In this document: one piece after another, positions 1 to 7,551 of the stretch
Layout of the letters: every line of letters begins with the position of its first letter
Numbering within the stretch: position 1 is the first letter of the stretch
NCBI GenBank assembly: GCA_963620035.1
Contig: CAVEXN010000003.1
Location: 36,374-100,373, forward strand
Source: Oscillospiraceae bacterium
GTDB lineage: Bacteria > Bacteroidota > Bacteroidia > Bacteroidales > WCHB1-69
Length of the DNA: 64,000 nt
Reading direction: 5' to 3'
The notes under the pieces: model-generated
The model's input: only the letters and a program-made list of their open reading frames with translations
Database searches by the model: none
Told to the model about the DNA's origin: nothing
Program-made: the position numbers and the translations under genes

Positions 1-798
1 CACATTTACCGACAGCATGTCACGCACCATATATTGGTAGCGCAGCCCTACAGAGGAGCGGGACAGGAATGTGGTGAAGAACGTTGCGAAAGACAGGATG
101 CTGATGCCGCCCAACTGGATGAGTATCATAATGACTATCTGCCCTTTTACGGTAAAGCACGTGCCCGTGCTGACGGTGGCCAGACCGGTGATGCAACTGG
201 CACTGGTGGCGGTGAACAGCGCATCGGTAAAGGAAATCCCGTTGACCGTCATACGGGGCATGCTCAACAAAACGGTGCCGAAAACGATCAGCAGCAGAAA
301 CGAGGCCACCATCAACAACGGCGGGCTAATGTTCATCCGCCCTATCGCACCGCTTGCCTTGGTCAACTCAACCGAAACGATAATCAGGAAATAAACCTGT
401 ATGAACAACAAATAATAGTTCTCGAAATTGCGGGCACTGAATATCTTAAGGTCCACATGGAATACAAATACGGTAAGGAACTGCACTATAAGCAGGAATA
501 TGATGCACCCCTCGATCCACGATTTTTTCAGAAATTCTTTCCGGTGCAGCGAATAGAACAGAAACACGAAGTACTTCAGCACATAAAAGCATAGACTGGA
601 GTGGATGAACACCCGGATGAAGTTCTTTGCGCCAACGGATATGTAGAACCCGTGATAGCAGACGATACAGATGATGGTGGTGAGGGATATGACCGCACTG
701 GCAATTTCCAGCGCACGTTTCACCTTGTCTTTATAGGTGGCAATGTGCAGCTTGTGCCGGCTGTACGCATACTCGTTGTGCGGCCTGCGGGCGAACAT
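1..798 (-). CDS. trkH: K+ uptake membrane subunit, TrkH/KtrB family (first 266 codons; the rest lies beyond the left edge)
   Basis: Absent from the ORF track because it is open at the window edge. Hand translation of the minus strand from ATG 798-796 is stop-free down to nt 1: MFARRPHNEYAYSRHKLHIATYKDK...FLLLIVFGTVLLSMPRMTVNGISFTDALFTATSASCITGL...IQLGGISILSFATFF. It is hydrophobic with TrkH-like 'DALFTATSA.C.TGL'. The start overlaps the trkA stop (TAATG). Confidence 0.8.
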   Translation of the reverse strand, partial: MFARRPHNEYAYSRHKLHIATYKDKVKRALEIASAVISLTTIICIVCYHGFYISVGAKNFIRVFIHSSLCFYVLKYFVFLFYSLHRKEFLKKSWIEGCIIFLLIVQFLTVFVFHVDLKIFSARNFENYYLLFIQVYFLIIVSVELTKASGAIGRMNISPPLLMVASFLLLIVFGTVLLSMPRMTVNGISFTDALFTATSASCITGLATVSTGTCFTVKGQIVIMILIQLGGISILSFATFFTTFLSRSSVGLRYQYMVRDMLSVNV

Positions 799-1493
799 TA
801 CAGGTTTATTTTGATGAAATAGTCTATATCATGATCTTTGCCAAAGAGCACAAATACGTCGCCTTCACGAATGACCGTCTTGTTGTCCGGCACGCCAAGA
901 ATATGCTGCCGGGTGTCTATTCTGTCAGCCACCAGCTCCTCAAAGTTGCGGCGGATGGTGATGAGGCTGAGTTTATGGTTTTCGCGGAAGTCTATATCGC
1001 CGACTGAAAGGCCGATAAGCCGGTTCGGGGTGATGATTTCAGCCACTTTGTAGCCGTCCGGAAGTTGCAGATAGGAGATCATGTTAGGGTTTGTCAACCG
1101 CTCGGCGAGCAGTGTGCCCACCTCATCTTCGGGAGACAGAAACTCCGTAATGCCCATCTTTTCCAGAATGGTGCGTTGGCTTTTGCCCATCACACGGCAA
1201 ATGATGCGTTTTACGCCTAAGTCGAGCAGGTTTGCGGTGCAAAGCAAGCGGCCGATAAAGTCGTTGCCGATGGCCACGATGACAACATCGAAGTTCTGGA
1301 TGTTTTCGTTGTAAAGCGCTCGCTGGTTGGTGGCATCGACACAAACGGCATACGCCACGTCTTCGGAGATGTCTTGGATGACATTGATGTCAGAATCAAC
1401 AACTAACACTTCGTGTCCTCTCTCCGAAAGGGCAAGACTGATGGCTTGTCCAAAATGCCCCGCCCCGATGACTGCGAATTTTTCTTGAGCCAT
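798..1493 (-). CDS. trkA: K+ uptake regulatory subunit TrkA/KtrA (NAD-binding RCK protein)
   Basis: 231 aa with an N-terminal Rossmann motif 'VIGAGHFGQ' and an RCK-C-like C-terminal half. Overlaps trkH by 1 nt, which suggests translational coupling. Confidence 0.9.
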   Translation of the reverse strand: MAQEKFAVIGAGHFGQAISLALSERGHEVLVVDSDINVIQDISEDVAYAVCVDATNQRALYNENIQNFDVVIVAIGNDFIGRLLCTANLLDLGVKRIICRVMGKSQRTILEKMGITEFLSPEDEVGTLLAERLTNPNMISYLQLPDGYKVAEIITPNRLIGLSVGDIDFRENHKLSLITIRRNFEELVADRIDTRQHILGVPDNKTVIREGDVFVLFGKDHDIDYFIKINL

Positions 1494-1516
1494 ACCTTAA
1501 TTTTTTTAAAAGCCGG

Positions 1517-1524
1517 CAAAAATA
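1517..1524 (-). promoter_or_regulatory. Candidate Bacteroidetes -7 promoter box (TATTTTTG on the minus strand) for trkA
   Basis: The plus strand reads 'caaaaata'. The box ends 23 nt upstream of the trkA ATG and matches the TAnnTTTG consensus. Confidence 0.5.
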
Positions 1525-1560
1525 CAAAAAATAGGTACTGCTGGTTTTCAAGTTAAATTC

Positions 1561-1662
1561 ACCCTCACGGCTGCCGCACGAAACAGAGTTTAGAACTTAG
1601 AATTTAGAGTTTAGAGGCGTTACGCGTCATTCCATCTTTCATCTTAAGTCTCACGTCAGCCC
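1561..1662 (-). repeat. Intergenic repeat element, copy 1 (core, read on the minus strand)
   Basis: The reverse complement shares these blocks, in the same order, with 63621-63722: GGCTGAC, AGACTTAAGA, TGAAAGATGGAA, GCGTAACGC, TTCGTGCG, AGCCGTG. It contains four tandem heptamers: CTCTAAA CTCTAAA TTCTAAG TTCTAAA. Confidence 0.75.
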
Positions 1663-1756
1663 TGGGCTTGTGCGTGGGACGAAAAAAGTCTTAATTCCTC
1701 GCCGGCCTCGTGCGCCGGACAAAAAGCGTCTCACGTCCTGCTTTCCTTTCCACGAT

Positions 1757-1779
1757 ATGGAGCCTCGAAGAGGCTCCAT
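1757..1779 (-). other. Perfect 10-bp stem-loop (ATGGAGCCTC gaa GAGGCTCCAT) about 80 nt downstream of the aminotransferase stop
   Basis: Read directly from the sequence. There is no adjacent T-run, so a terminator function is uncertain. Confidence 0.4.
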
Positions 1780-1856
1780 TGTCTCAGGGCAAGGCCTTCA
1801 CCGACGGCTTCGATGCCGGTCTGCACCAAAAACAGACAAGAGCATGCCGACTTCTG

Positions 1857-3089
1857 TTATTTCAGATTCTCAATGGCCTGTTTTATACGGCGGCAAGCCT
1901 CTTTGAGTTTGTCCTCCGAGGTGGCGTAAGAGAGACGGATGCAGTCGTCGTCGCCAAAAGCGCTGCCTTGCACCGTAGAGACTTCGGCATCAAGCAGAAT
2001 ATAGAATGCCAAGTCTTTGGAATCCTCAATGACGGTTTTTCCATACTCTTTGGCAAACTGGGAATCGGCGGGCACATTTTTACCGAAAATGCTCTTGACC
2101 TTCGGGAAGAAATAGAATGCGCCGTCGGGCATGCAGACCTCAAAACCCGGGATTTCTTTAAGCAAGCCAAATACAAGGTCGCGTCTCTTCTTGAACGTTT
2201 CGCGCATTGTGGTAATCGCTTCCGACTGTTTGGGGTCGATCTGCATGGCGCGCAGGGCGGCACGCTGTGAGATGGAACCTGTGGCCGACGTGATCTGTCC
2301 TTGCATCTTGCCGCAAGCCTTGGCAATCTCGAGCGGTGCGCCGATGAAACCGATACGCCAGCCCGTCATGGCATAACCCTTGGATACTCCGTTGACGGTT
2401 ACCACCTGGTCTTTGATGAAATCGAACTGGGCAATGCTCTCATGACCGCCTATAAAGTTGATGTGCTCGTATATTTCGTCTGAAAGGATGACCATCTGTG
2501 GATGTTTCTTCACCACTTCTGCAATGGCACGCAACTCCTCTTTGGAGTAAATCATTCCCGTTGGGTTGGACGGGCTGCTGAAAATCATCATTTTTGTGTT
2601 TGGCGTGATGGCGGCTTCCAGTTGGGCGGCCGTTATCTTGAAACTGTTTTCGATCTTGGCCTGCAAAAAGACACATTTTGCGCCGGCCATCTCCGCAATG
2701 GCCTTGTAAGAAACCCAGTAAGGCGTGGGAATAATCATCTCTTCGCCGGGGTTCACCAATGACATCACCACCTGATAGATGGCTTGCTTTCCGCCCGTGG
2801 ACACGACAATCTGGCCGGGCGCATAGTCGAGACCGTTGTCTCTTCTGAACTTCTCACTTACCGCCTTCAACAGGTCTGCATAGCCGGGGACTGGAGGATA
2901 ATGCGTGAAATTGTCGTCGATCGATTGTTTGGCGAACTCCTTGATGCAGTCAGGAGTGTTGAAGTCGGGTTCTCCGATACTCAGGCTAATCACATCTTTG
3001 CCATGATCTTTCATCTCACGGGCCAATGCAGTCATAGCCAAAGTCTCAGATGCTGCCATTTCCGTAACTCTCTTTGAAAGTCTTTCCAT
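1857..3089 (-). CDS. Class I/II pyridoxal-phosphate aminotransferase (aspartate aminotransferase-like)
   Basis: 410 aa with a PLP-lysine context 'SKGYAMTGWRIGF', plus 'SNPTGMIY' and 'PYWVSY'. Confidence 0.9.
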   Translation of the reverse strand: MERLSKRVTEMAASETLAMTALAREMKDHGKDVISLSIGEPDFNTPDCIKEFAKQSIDDNFTHYPPVPGYADLLKAVSEKFRRDNGLDYAPGQIVVSTGGKQAIYQVVMSLVNPGEEMIIPTPYWVSYKAIAEMAGAKCVFLQAKIENSFKITAAQLEAAITPNTKMMIFSSPSNPTGMIYSKEELRAIAEVVKKHPQMVILSDEIYEHINFIGGHESIAQFDFIKDQVVTVNGVSKGYAMTGWRIGFIGAPLEIAKACGKMQGQITSATGSISQRAALRAMQIDPKQSEAITTMRETFKKRRDLVFGLLKEIPGFEVCMPDGAFYFFPKVKSIFGKNVPADSQFAKEYGKTVIEDSKDLAFYILLDAEVSTVQGSAFGDDDCIRLSYATSEDKLKEACRRIKQAIENLK

Positions 3090-3410
3090 AATTATATTGT
3101 AGTTTTTTTATTATAATAATTGTATTTATCTGTACGTCAAGTTTTTGAAAAAACTTTTTGATTTCTAACGCCGCGGCAAAGGTAGGAAAAATAGTGTCAC
3201 AGAATCATCAGGGAAAGAAAAGTGCCATGTCTTGAATAATATCGATACATTTTCGTCAAAAACTTCATTTTTTTTTCTACTCTGCAGGTCGAAATCTACG
3301 GCCCTCTTTCTTTTCAAGTCGTATTTTTTATTATATATTATTGATTGACAACAGATTAAAAAAACCAATAAAAAAAATATCCTGTCAGTACAACAAAGAC
3401 AAAATAATTA

Positions 3411-3418
3411 TAATTTTG
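3411..3418 (+). promoter_or_regulatory. Candidate -7 promoter box TAATTTTG upstream of rex
   Basis: Matches TAnnTTTG, 30 nt upstream of the rex ATG. It is the only such box I found ahead of the rex-adh-hyd series. Confidence 0.5.
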
Positions 3419-3448
3419 CCACGGTTTAAATAGATAAAAAAATACCGA

Positions 3449-4129
3449 ATGAAGGCGCGGATAGACAAGTCACTGGTAGTATTGAAATCGACATTGAGCC
3501 GGCTTCCATTGTATTACAGCATTTTATGCAAACTTCGGCATGATGGGGAAGCCAACGTGTCGGCATCTGTCATTGCAAAGAAACTGAACCTCAACCAAGT
3601 GTTGGTGCGCAAGGACTTGTCGAGTGTCAGCAGCGAGGCCGGCACGCCACGTGTCGGGTTCAAGGTTGAGCGCCTCTACGAGGACATCAGCAACTTTTTG
3701 GGATACCGCAACGTGGAAGAGGCCGTGCTGGTCGGGGTGGGAAGTCTTGGGCATACACTACTTTCATATAGCGGTTTCCAGAACTTCGGGCTCTCCATTG
3801 TAGCAGGTTTCGACAACGACGAGAACCTAAACGGCATCAAGGTCAATGGCAAACCTATTTTGCCTATGGAAAAAATGGCAAACCTCGTGCGGCGCATGAA
3901 AATCAGGATAGCCATCATCGCGGTGCCTCAAGACCAGGCGCAGATGGTGTGCGACCAATTGGTGCGCGCCGGCATTCAGGCTATCTGGAACTTTGCCCCT
4001 GTCTCGTTAGACGTCACACCCGACATTCTTGTGAAGAACGAGAACCTGGCCGCCTCGCTTGCGCTGCTTTCGCACAAATTGAGCCAGAAAATGAAAAAAA
4101 CAGAGAAACAGCAAAACTGGACACTATAA
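3449..4129 (+). CDS. rex: Redox-sensing transcriptional repressor Rex
   Basis: 226 aa with an N-terminal winged-helix region ('RLPLYYSILCKL...VSASVIAKKL') and a Rossmann domain 'GVGSLGHTLL'. Confidence 0.85.
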   Translation: MKARIDKSLVVLKSTLSRLPLYYSILCKLRHDGEANVSASVIAKKLNLNQVLVRKDLSSVSSEAGTPRVGFKVERLYEDISNFLGYRNVEEAVLVGVGSLGHTLLSYSGFQNFGLSIVAGFDNDENLNGIKVNGKPILPMEKMANLVRRMKIRIAIIAVPQDQAQMVCDQLVRAGIQAIWNFAPVSLDVTPDILVKNENLAASLALLSHKLSQKMKKTEKQQNWTL

Positions 4130-4159
4130 ACATAAAATAAACCCTTAAGCATAAAAAAA

Positions 4160-5377
4160 ATGAAAAGATTCACATTGCCGAGAGATTTGTACCATGGTGA
4201 AAATGCGCTCCAAGCGCTGAAGACCTTTACCGGAAAACGTGCCGTGGTCTGCGTTGGCGGCGGAAGCATGAAACGTTTCGGGTTTCTTGACAAAGCCGTC
4301 TCTTACCTTCAGGAAGCCGGTATGGAAGTCCGACTCATCGAAGGCATTGAGCCGGATCCTTCCGTTCAAACCGTCATGAAAGGGGCCGCAGTAATGCAGG
4401 AGTTCCAACCCGACTGGATTGTGGCCATCGGCGGCGGCTCCCCTATCGATGCAGCCAAAGCCATGTGGATAAAATACGAATATCCTGACACCACCTTTGA
4501 AGATATGTGCAAAGTGTTCGGACTGCCGAAACTGAGAACCAAAGCCAAATTCTGCGCCGTCTCTTCCACGTCAGGCACCGCTACCGAGGTGACCGCTTTT
4601 TCCATCATCACCGACTACGAGAAAGGCATCAAATTCCCGATAGCCGATTTTGAGATCACGCCCGACGTGGCCATAGTTGACCCCGCGCTGGCCCAGACTA
4701 TGCCCCAAAAACTGGTCGCCCACACGGGCATGGATGCCATGACACACGCCATCGAGGCCTATGTGTCCACCGCAAACTGCGACTATACCGACCCCTTGGC
4801 GCTCTATGCCATCAAAATGATACAACGCGACCTCATCAACTCCTACAAAGGCGACACGGAGGCTCGCAACGAGATGCACAACGCACAATGTCTGGCCGGC
4901 ATGGCTTTCTCCAATGCGCTGCTCGGCATCGTTCACTCTATGGCACATAAGACCGGCGCCGCCTTTGCCGACTTTGGAGCTCACATCATCCATGGCGCCG
5001 CCAACGCCATGTATCTGCCTAAAGTAATCGCTTTCAACGCTAAAGACCCTGTCGCGCTGAAACGTTACGGCATCATTGCCGACGAGATGAAACTCGGCGG
5101 AAACACCGATGAGGAAAAGGTTCGCCTGCTCATCGCCGAACTACGGAAGATGAACGATGAACTCAACATTCCCCAATGCATCCAAAACTATGGCGCCGAC
5201 TCCTATCCCTGCGAGTATGGCTTCGTCCCCGAGAATGTCTTTCTCGAAAGACTTCCCGAAATAGCCGGAAACGCTATTGCCGACGCCTGCACGGGCTCCA
5301 ACCCCAGAATACCGTCTCAAAACGAGATGGAAGAGCTGCTGAAATGCTGCTACTATGACTCGGATGTTACTTTCTAA
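4160..5377 (+). CDS. Iron-containing (group III) alcohol dehydrogenase
   Basis: 405 aa with 'GGGSPIDAAKAM' and metal-binding His motifs ('THAIEAY', 'HSMAHKTG'). Confidence 0.9.
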   Translation: MKRFTLPRDLYHGENALQALKTFTGKRAVVCVGGGSMKRFGFLDKAVSYLQEAGMEVRLIEGIEPDPSVQTVMKGAAVMQEFQPDWIVAIGGGSPIDAAKAMWIKYEYPDTTFEDMCKVFGLPKLRTKAKFCAVSSTSGTATEVTAFSIITDYEKGIKFPIADFEITPDVAIVDPALAQTMPQKLVAHTGMDAMTHAIEAYVSTANCDYTDPLALYAIKMIQRDLINSYKGDTEARNEMHNAQCLAGMAFSNALLGIVHSMAHKTGAAFADFGAHIIHGAANAMYLPKVIAFNAKDPVALKRYGIIADEMKLGGNTDEEKVRLLIAELRKMNDELNIPQCIQNYGADSYPCEYGFVPENVFLERLPEIAGNAIADACTGSNPRIPSQNEMEELLKCCYYDSDVTF

Positions 5378-5401
5378 ATACTATATTATTTGACAATTAG
5401 C

Positions 5402-5487
5402 GTCAATGGCTGCGGGCATCCCCTGTTTACAACTTGTTTTCTCACATTGCTCATAATGACTATAGCCTGCGGCCATTGACCTTTTTG
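5402..5487 (+). terminator. Long-range stem (16-nt arms, 2 mismatches, ~47-nt loop) followed by CTTTTTG; possible conditional terminator between adh and the hyd genes
   Basis: GTCAATGGCTGCGGGC (5402-5417) pairs with GCCTGCGGCCATTGAC (5465-5480), and a T-run follows. Confidence 0.4.
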
Positions 5488-5507
5488 ATTGAATTGCAAT
5501 TAATCAA
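5485..5507. promoter_or_regulatory. 23-bp near-perfect palindrome TTGATTGAATTGCAATTAATCAA (candidate operator)
   Basis: Read from the sequence, 32 nt upstream of the 5539 ATG. There is one mismatch between the arms. Confidence 0.35.
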
Positions 5508-5538
5508 CAACATAAAAACATAACAACAGCAACAATCT

Positions 5539-5826
5539 ATGAATATTAAAGTTTGCGTCGGCAGTTCCTGCCATCTGAAAGGCTCTTACGAAGTCATTGA
5601 AGTCTTCAAGGAAATCATAAAGAAATACGATGTTGAAGACCTTGTCGAATTGCAGGCAAGTTTCTGCCTCGGACATTGCGCCACGGGCGTAACCGTAAAA
5701 GCCGACGGCTGGGACAAGCCGACCGTAGAAAAACTGGGTGCAGACGAGTTGTTATTACACAACGTGAACAAGGACAATGCGGAAGAACTGTTCGCAAAAC
5801 AGATCTATCCGATGCTTAACCTCTAA
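5539..5826 (+). CDS. Thioredoxin-like [2Fe-2S] ferredoxin (NuoE/HndA-type fold)
   Basis: 95 aa. Cys pattern C6-x4-C11-x31-C43-x3-C47 ('VCVGSSCHLKG...FCLGHC'). Confidence 0.75.
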   Translation: MNIKVCVGSSCHLKGSYEVIEVFKEIIKKYDVEDLVELQASFCLGHCATGVTVKADGWDKPTVEKLGADELLLHNVNKDNAEELFAKQIYPMLNL

Positions 5827-5838
5827 CGGCCCCGTTTT

Positions 5839-7551
5839 ATGACAAATTTTTTGGAATTGCGAAACGCCCGGTGCAAGGATTGCTACCGGTGCTTACGGGA
5901 ATGCCCCGTTAAAGCCATCAGATTCAAGGGACATCAGGCAGAGATTATTGAAGACCGCTGCATTCTGTGCGGCCACTGCACGCTGATCTGTCCACAGAAC
6001 GCTAAAGTCGTACACAGCGAACTCGACAATGTCAAGGCACTGCTCAACAATACAGACAAGGTTATTGCCAGTGTCGCCCCCTCGTATATCTCCAGTTTTG
6101 GCCTCAAAGATTTTTCAGTTATGAAACTGGCGTTGGCCAAAGTCGGGTTCTATGATGCCGAAGAAACGGCCGTAGGCGCTCAACTTGTGACGGAAGAGTA
6201 TGCTAAACTGCTGAGAACCGGCGAGTTTGAGAACTTCATCACCTCCGCCTGCCCTGCAACCTGCCGTATGATCCAGGAATACTACCCCAAGGCACTCAAA
6301 TATCTTGCCCCGGTGGACTCTCCAATGGTAGCACACGCCAAAATCCTCAAGAAACAATACCCCGAAGCCAAGGTTGTCTTCATCGGACCTTGCATTGCCA
6401 AAAAACGCGAAGCCGAAGAGAGCGAAATCATCGAGAATGTGCTCACTTTTGAGGACTTGGACCTGCTGTTTGAGGAGAAGAACATCAAACTGGACGAAAT
6501 CACCCACGTTGCCATCGGGGGCAAGAAAGACGAGGCACCGAATACTGCAAAAGAATACCCTATCAACCAAGGGATTATCAACTCTTTCAAGGAACTTCCG
6601 ACCGGCTATGAATACATTGCCATCGACGGTCCGAAAAAATGCGTGGAGGCCTTGAGCAACATCGAGTACCTGTCGCACGTATTTCTGGAAATCAACCTCT
6701 GTGTGGACGGCTGCGTGAGCGGTCCTTGTTCTTTGGCAAAAGAGGGCGGCTGCGTGAGAGCCACTGCAGAGATCAGAGAGTATGTGAAGAGAGAACGCGA
6801 AAAAGGCAGTTCCATCGCTCCGGCCGCACTTCCCGAGGTCAGCCTCACTGCCGCACACCAGCGCATACGTAGCCACAGCCTGCCGGCCAGCGAACGCGAC
6901 ATAGAAGCCATCCTCCACAAGACCGGCAAGATGAAACCCGAGGATGAACTGAACTGCGGTGCGTGCGGCTACGCAACCTGCCGCGAAAAGGCCTGGGCCG
7001 TCTATAACGGCTACGCCGACATCGAAATCTGCCTGCCCTATATGCGCCAACGCGCCGAGTCGCTCTCCTACGAGATTATCCAAAACAGCCCCGAAGGCAT
7101 CATCGTGCTCGACTCCGACATGAACATTGTGGACCTCAACAGCAAAGGACGCGAACTGCTCGGCATCGATGACCCTAACGCCAAAGGACGTCCCGCCATC
7201 GATTTCTTCAATCCGCTTGATTTCTGCAACGCCTACAACAAGAAATGCCACATAGACTGCGAGCAGATGTATGTCCACTCTTCCGGCAAATATGTCAACC
7301 TCTCCATCAACTACCTCCAAGGTCAAAATGTGCTGTTCGGCATCATGAAAGACATTACCGAAGATGTCAACTACGAGGACCAGATCAAGAAAGTGAAGAT
7401 GGAAACCTTGTCCACAACGGACGAAGTCATCAAGAAACAGATGCGTGTGGCACAGGAGATCGCTTCCCTCTTGGGCGAAACTACCGCCGAGACGAAAGTG
7501 GCTCTGCTTAAGCTGAAAAAAACGTTAACCGACGAAAAACCGGCGCAATAA
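5839..7551 (+). CDS. hydS: Sensory-type [FeFe]-hydrogenase-like protein with a C-terminal PAS domain (HydS-like, putative group C)
   Basis: 570 aa. Two ferredoxin motifs (CKDCYRCLRECP, CILCGHCTLICP). H-domain motifs 'TSACPATC', 'GPCIAKK', 'LCVDGCVSGP'. An extra Cys cluster 'CGACGYATC...C'. A PAS-like segment 'EIIQNSPEGIIVLDSDMNIVDLNSKGRELLGI'. Confidence 0.8.
   Translation: MTNFLELRNARCKDCYRCLRECPVKAIRFKGHQAEIIEDRCILCGHCTLICPQNAKVVHSELDNVKALLNNTDKVIASVAPSYISSFGLKDFSVMKLALAKVGFYDAEETAVGAQLVTEEYAKLLRTGEFENFITSACPATCRMIQEYYPKALKYLAPVDSPMVAHAKILKKQYPEAKVVFIGPCIAKKREAEESEIIENVLTFEDLDLLFEEKNIKLDEITHVAIGGKKDEAPNTAKEYPINQGIINSFKELPTGYEYIAIDGPKKCVEALSNIEYLSHVFLEINLCVDGCVSGPCSLAKEGGCVRATAEIREYVKREREKGSSIAPAALPEVSLTAAHQRIRSHSLPASERDIEAILHKTGKMKPEDELNCGACGYATCREKAWAVYNGYADIEICLPYMRQRAESLSYEIIQNSPEGIIVLDSDMNIVDLNSKGRELLGIDDPNAKGRPAIDFFNPLDFCNAYNKKCHIDCEQMYVHSSGKYVNLSINYLQGQNVLFGIMKDITEDVNYEDQIKKVKMETLSTTDEVIKKQMRVAQEIASLLGETTAETKVALLKLKKTLTDEKPAQ

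Noticed and set aside
34-822. Plus-strand ORFs 34-594 (186 aa), 71-394 and 601-822
   Set aside because: These are shadow ORFs opposite the stop-free minus-strand TrkH reading frame. Their translations are low-complexity (Q/G/R/H-rich) with no motifs, whereas the minus frame gives a convincing TrkH sequence.
1581-1620. Tandem heptamers as a possible CRISPR array, or as plasmid or phage iterons
   Set aside because: The units are only 7 nt, directly abutting, with 3-4 copies and no spacers, so they do not fit CRISPR architecture. No replication or cas genes are nearby. They are kept only as part of the repeated intergenic module.
3090-3448. Search for canonical Rex boxes (TTGTGAA-N4-TTCACAA) in the aspC/rex divergent region and upstream of adh, the 5539 gene and nfnAB
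   Set aside because: I found no match by eye. I saw only an imperfect palindrome AAGTTTTTGAAAAAACTT (3139-3156) and the unrelated palindrome at 5485-5507, so no Rex operator is claimed.
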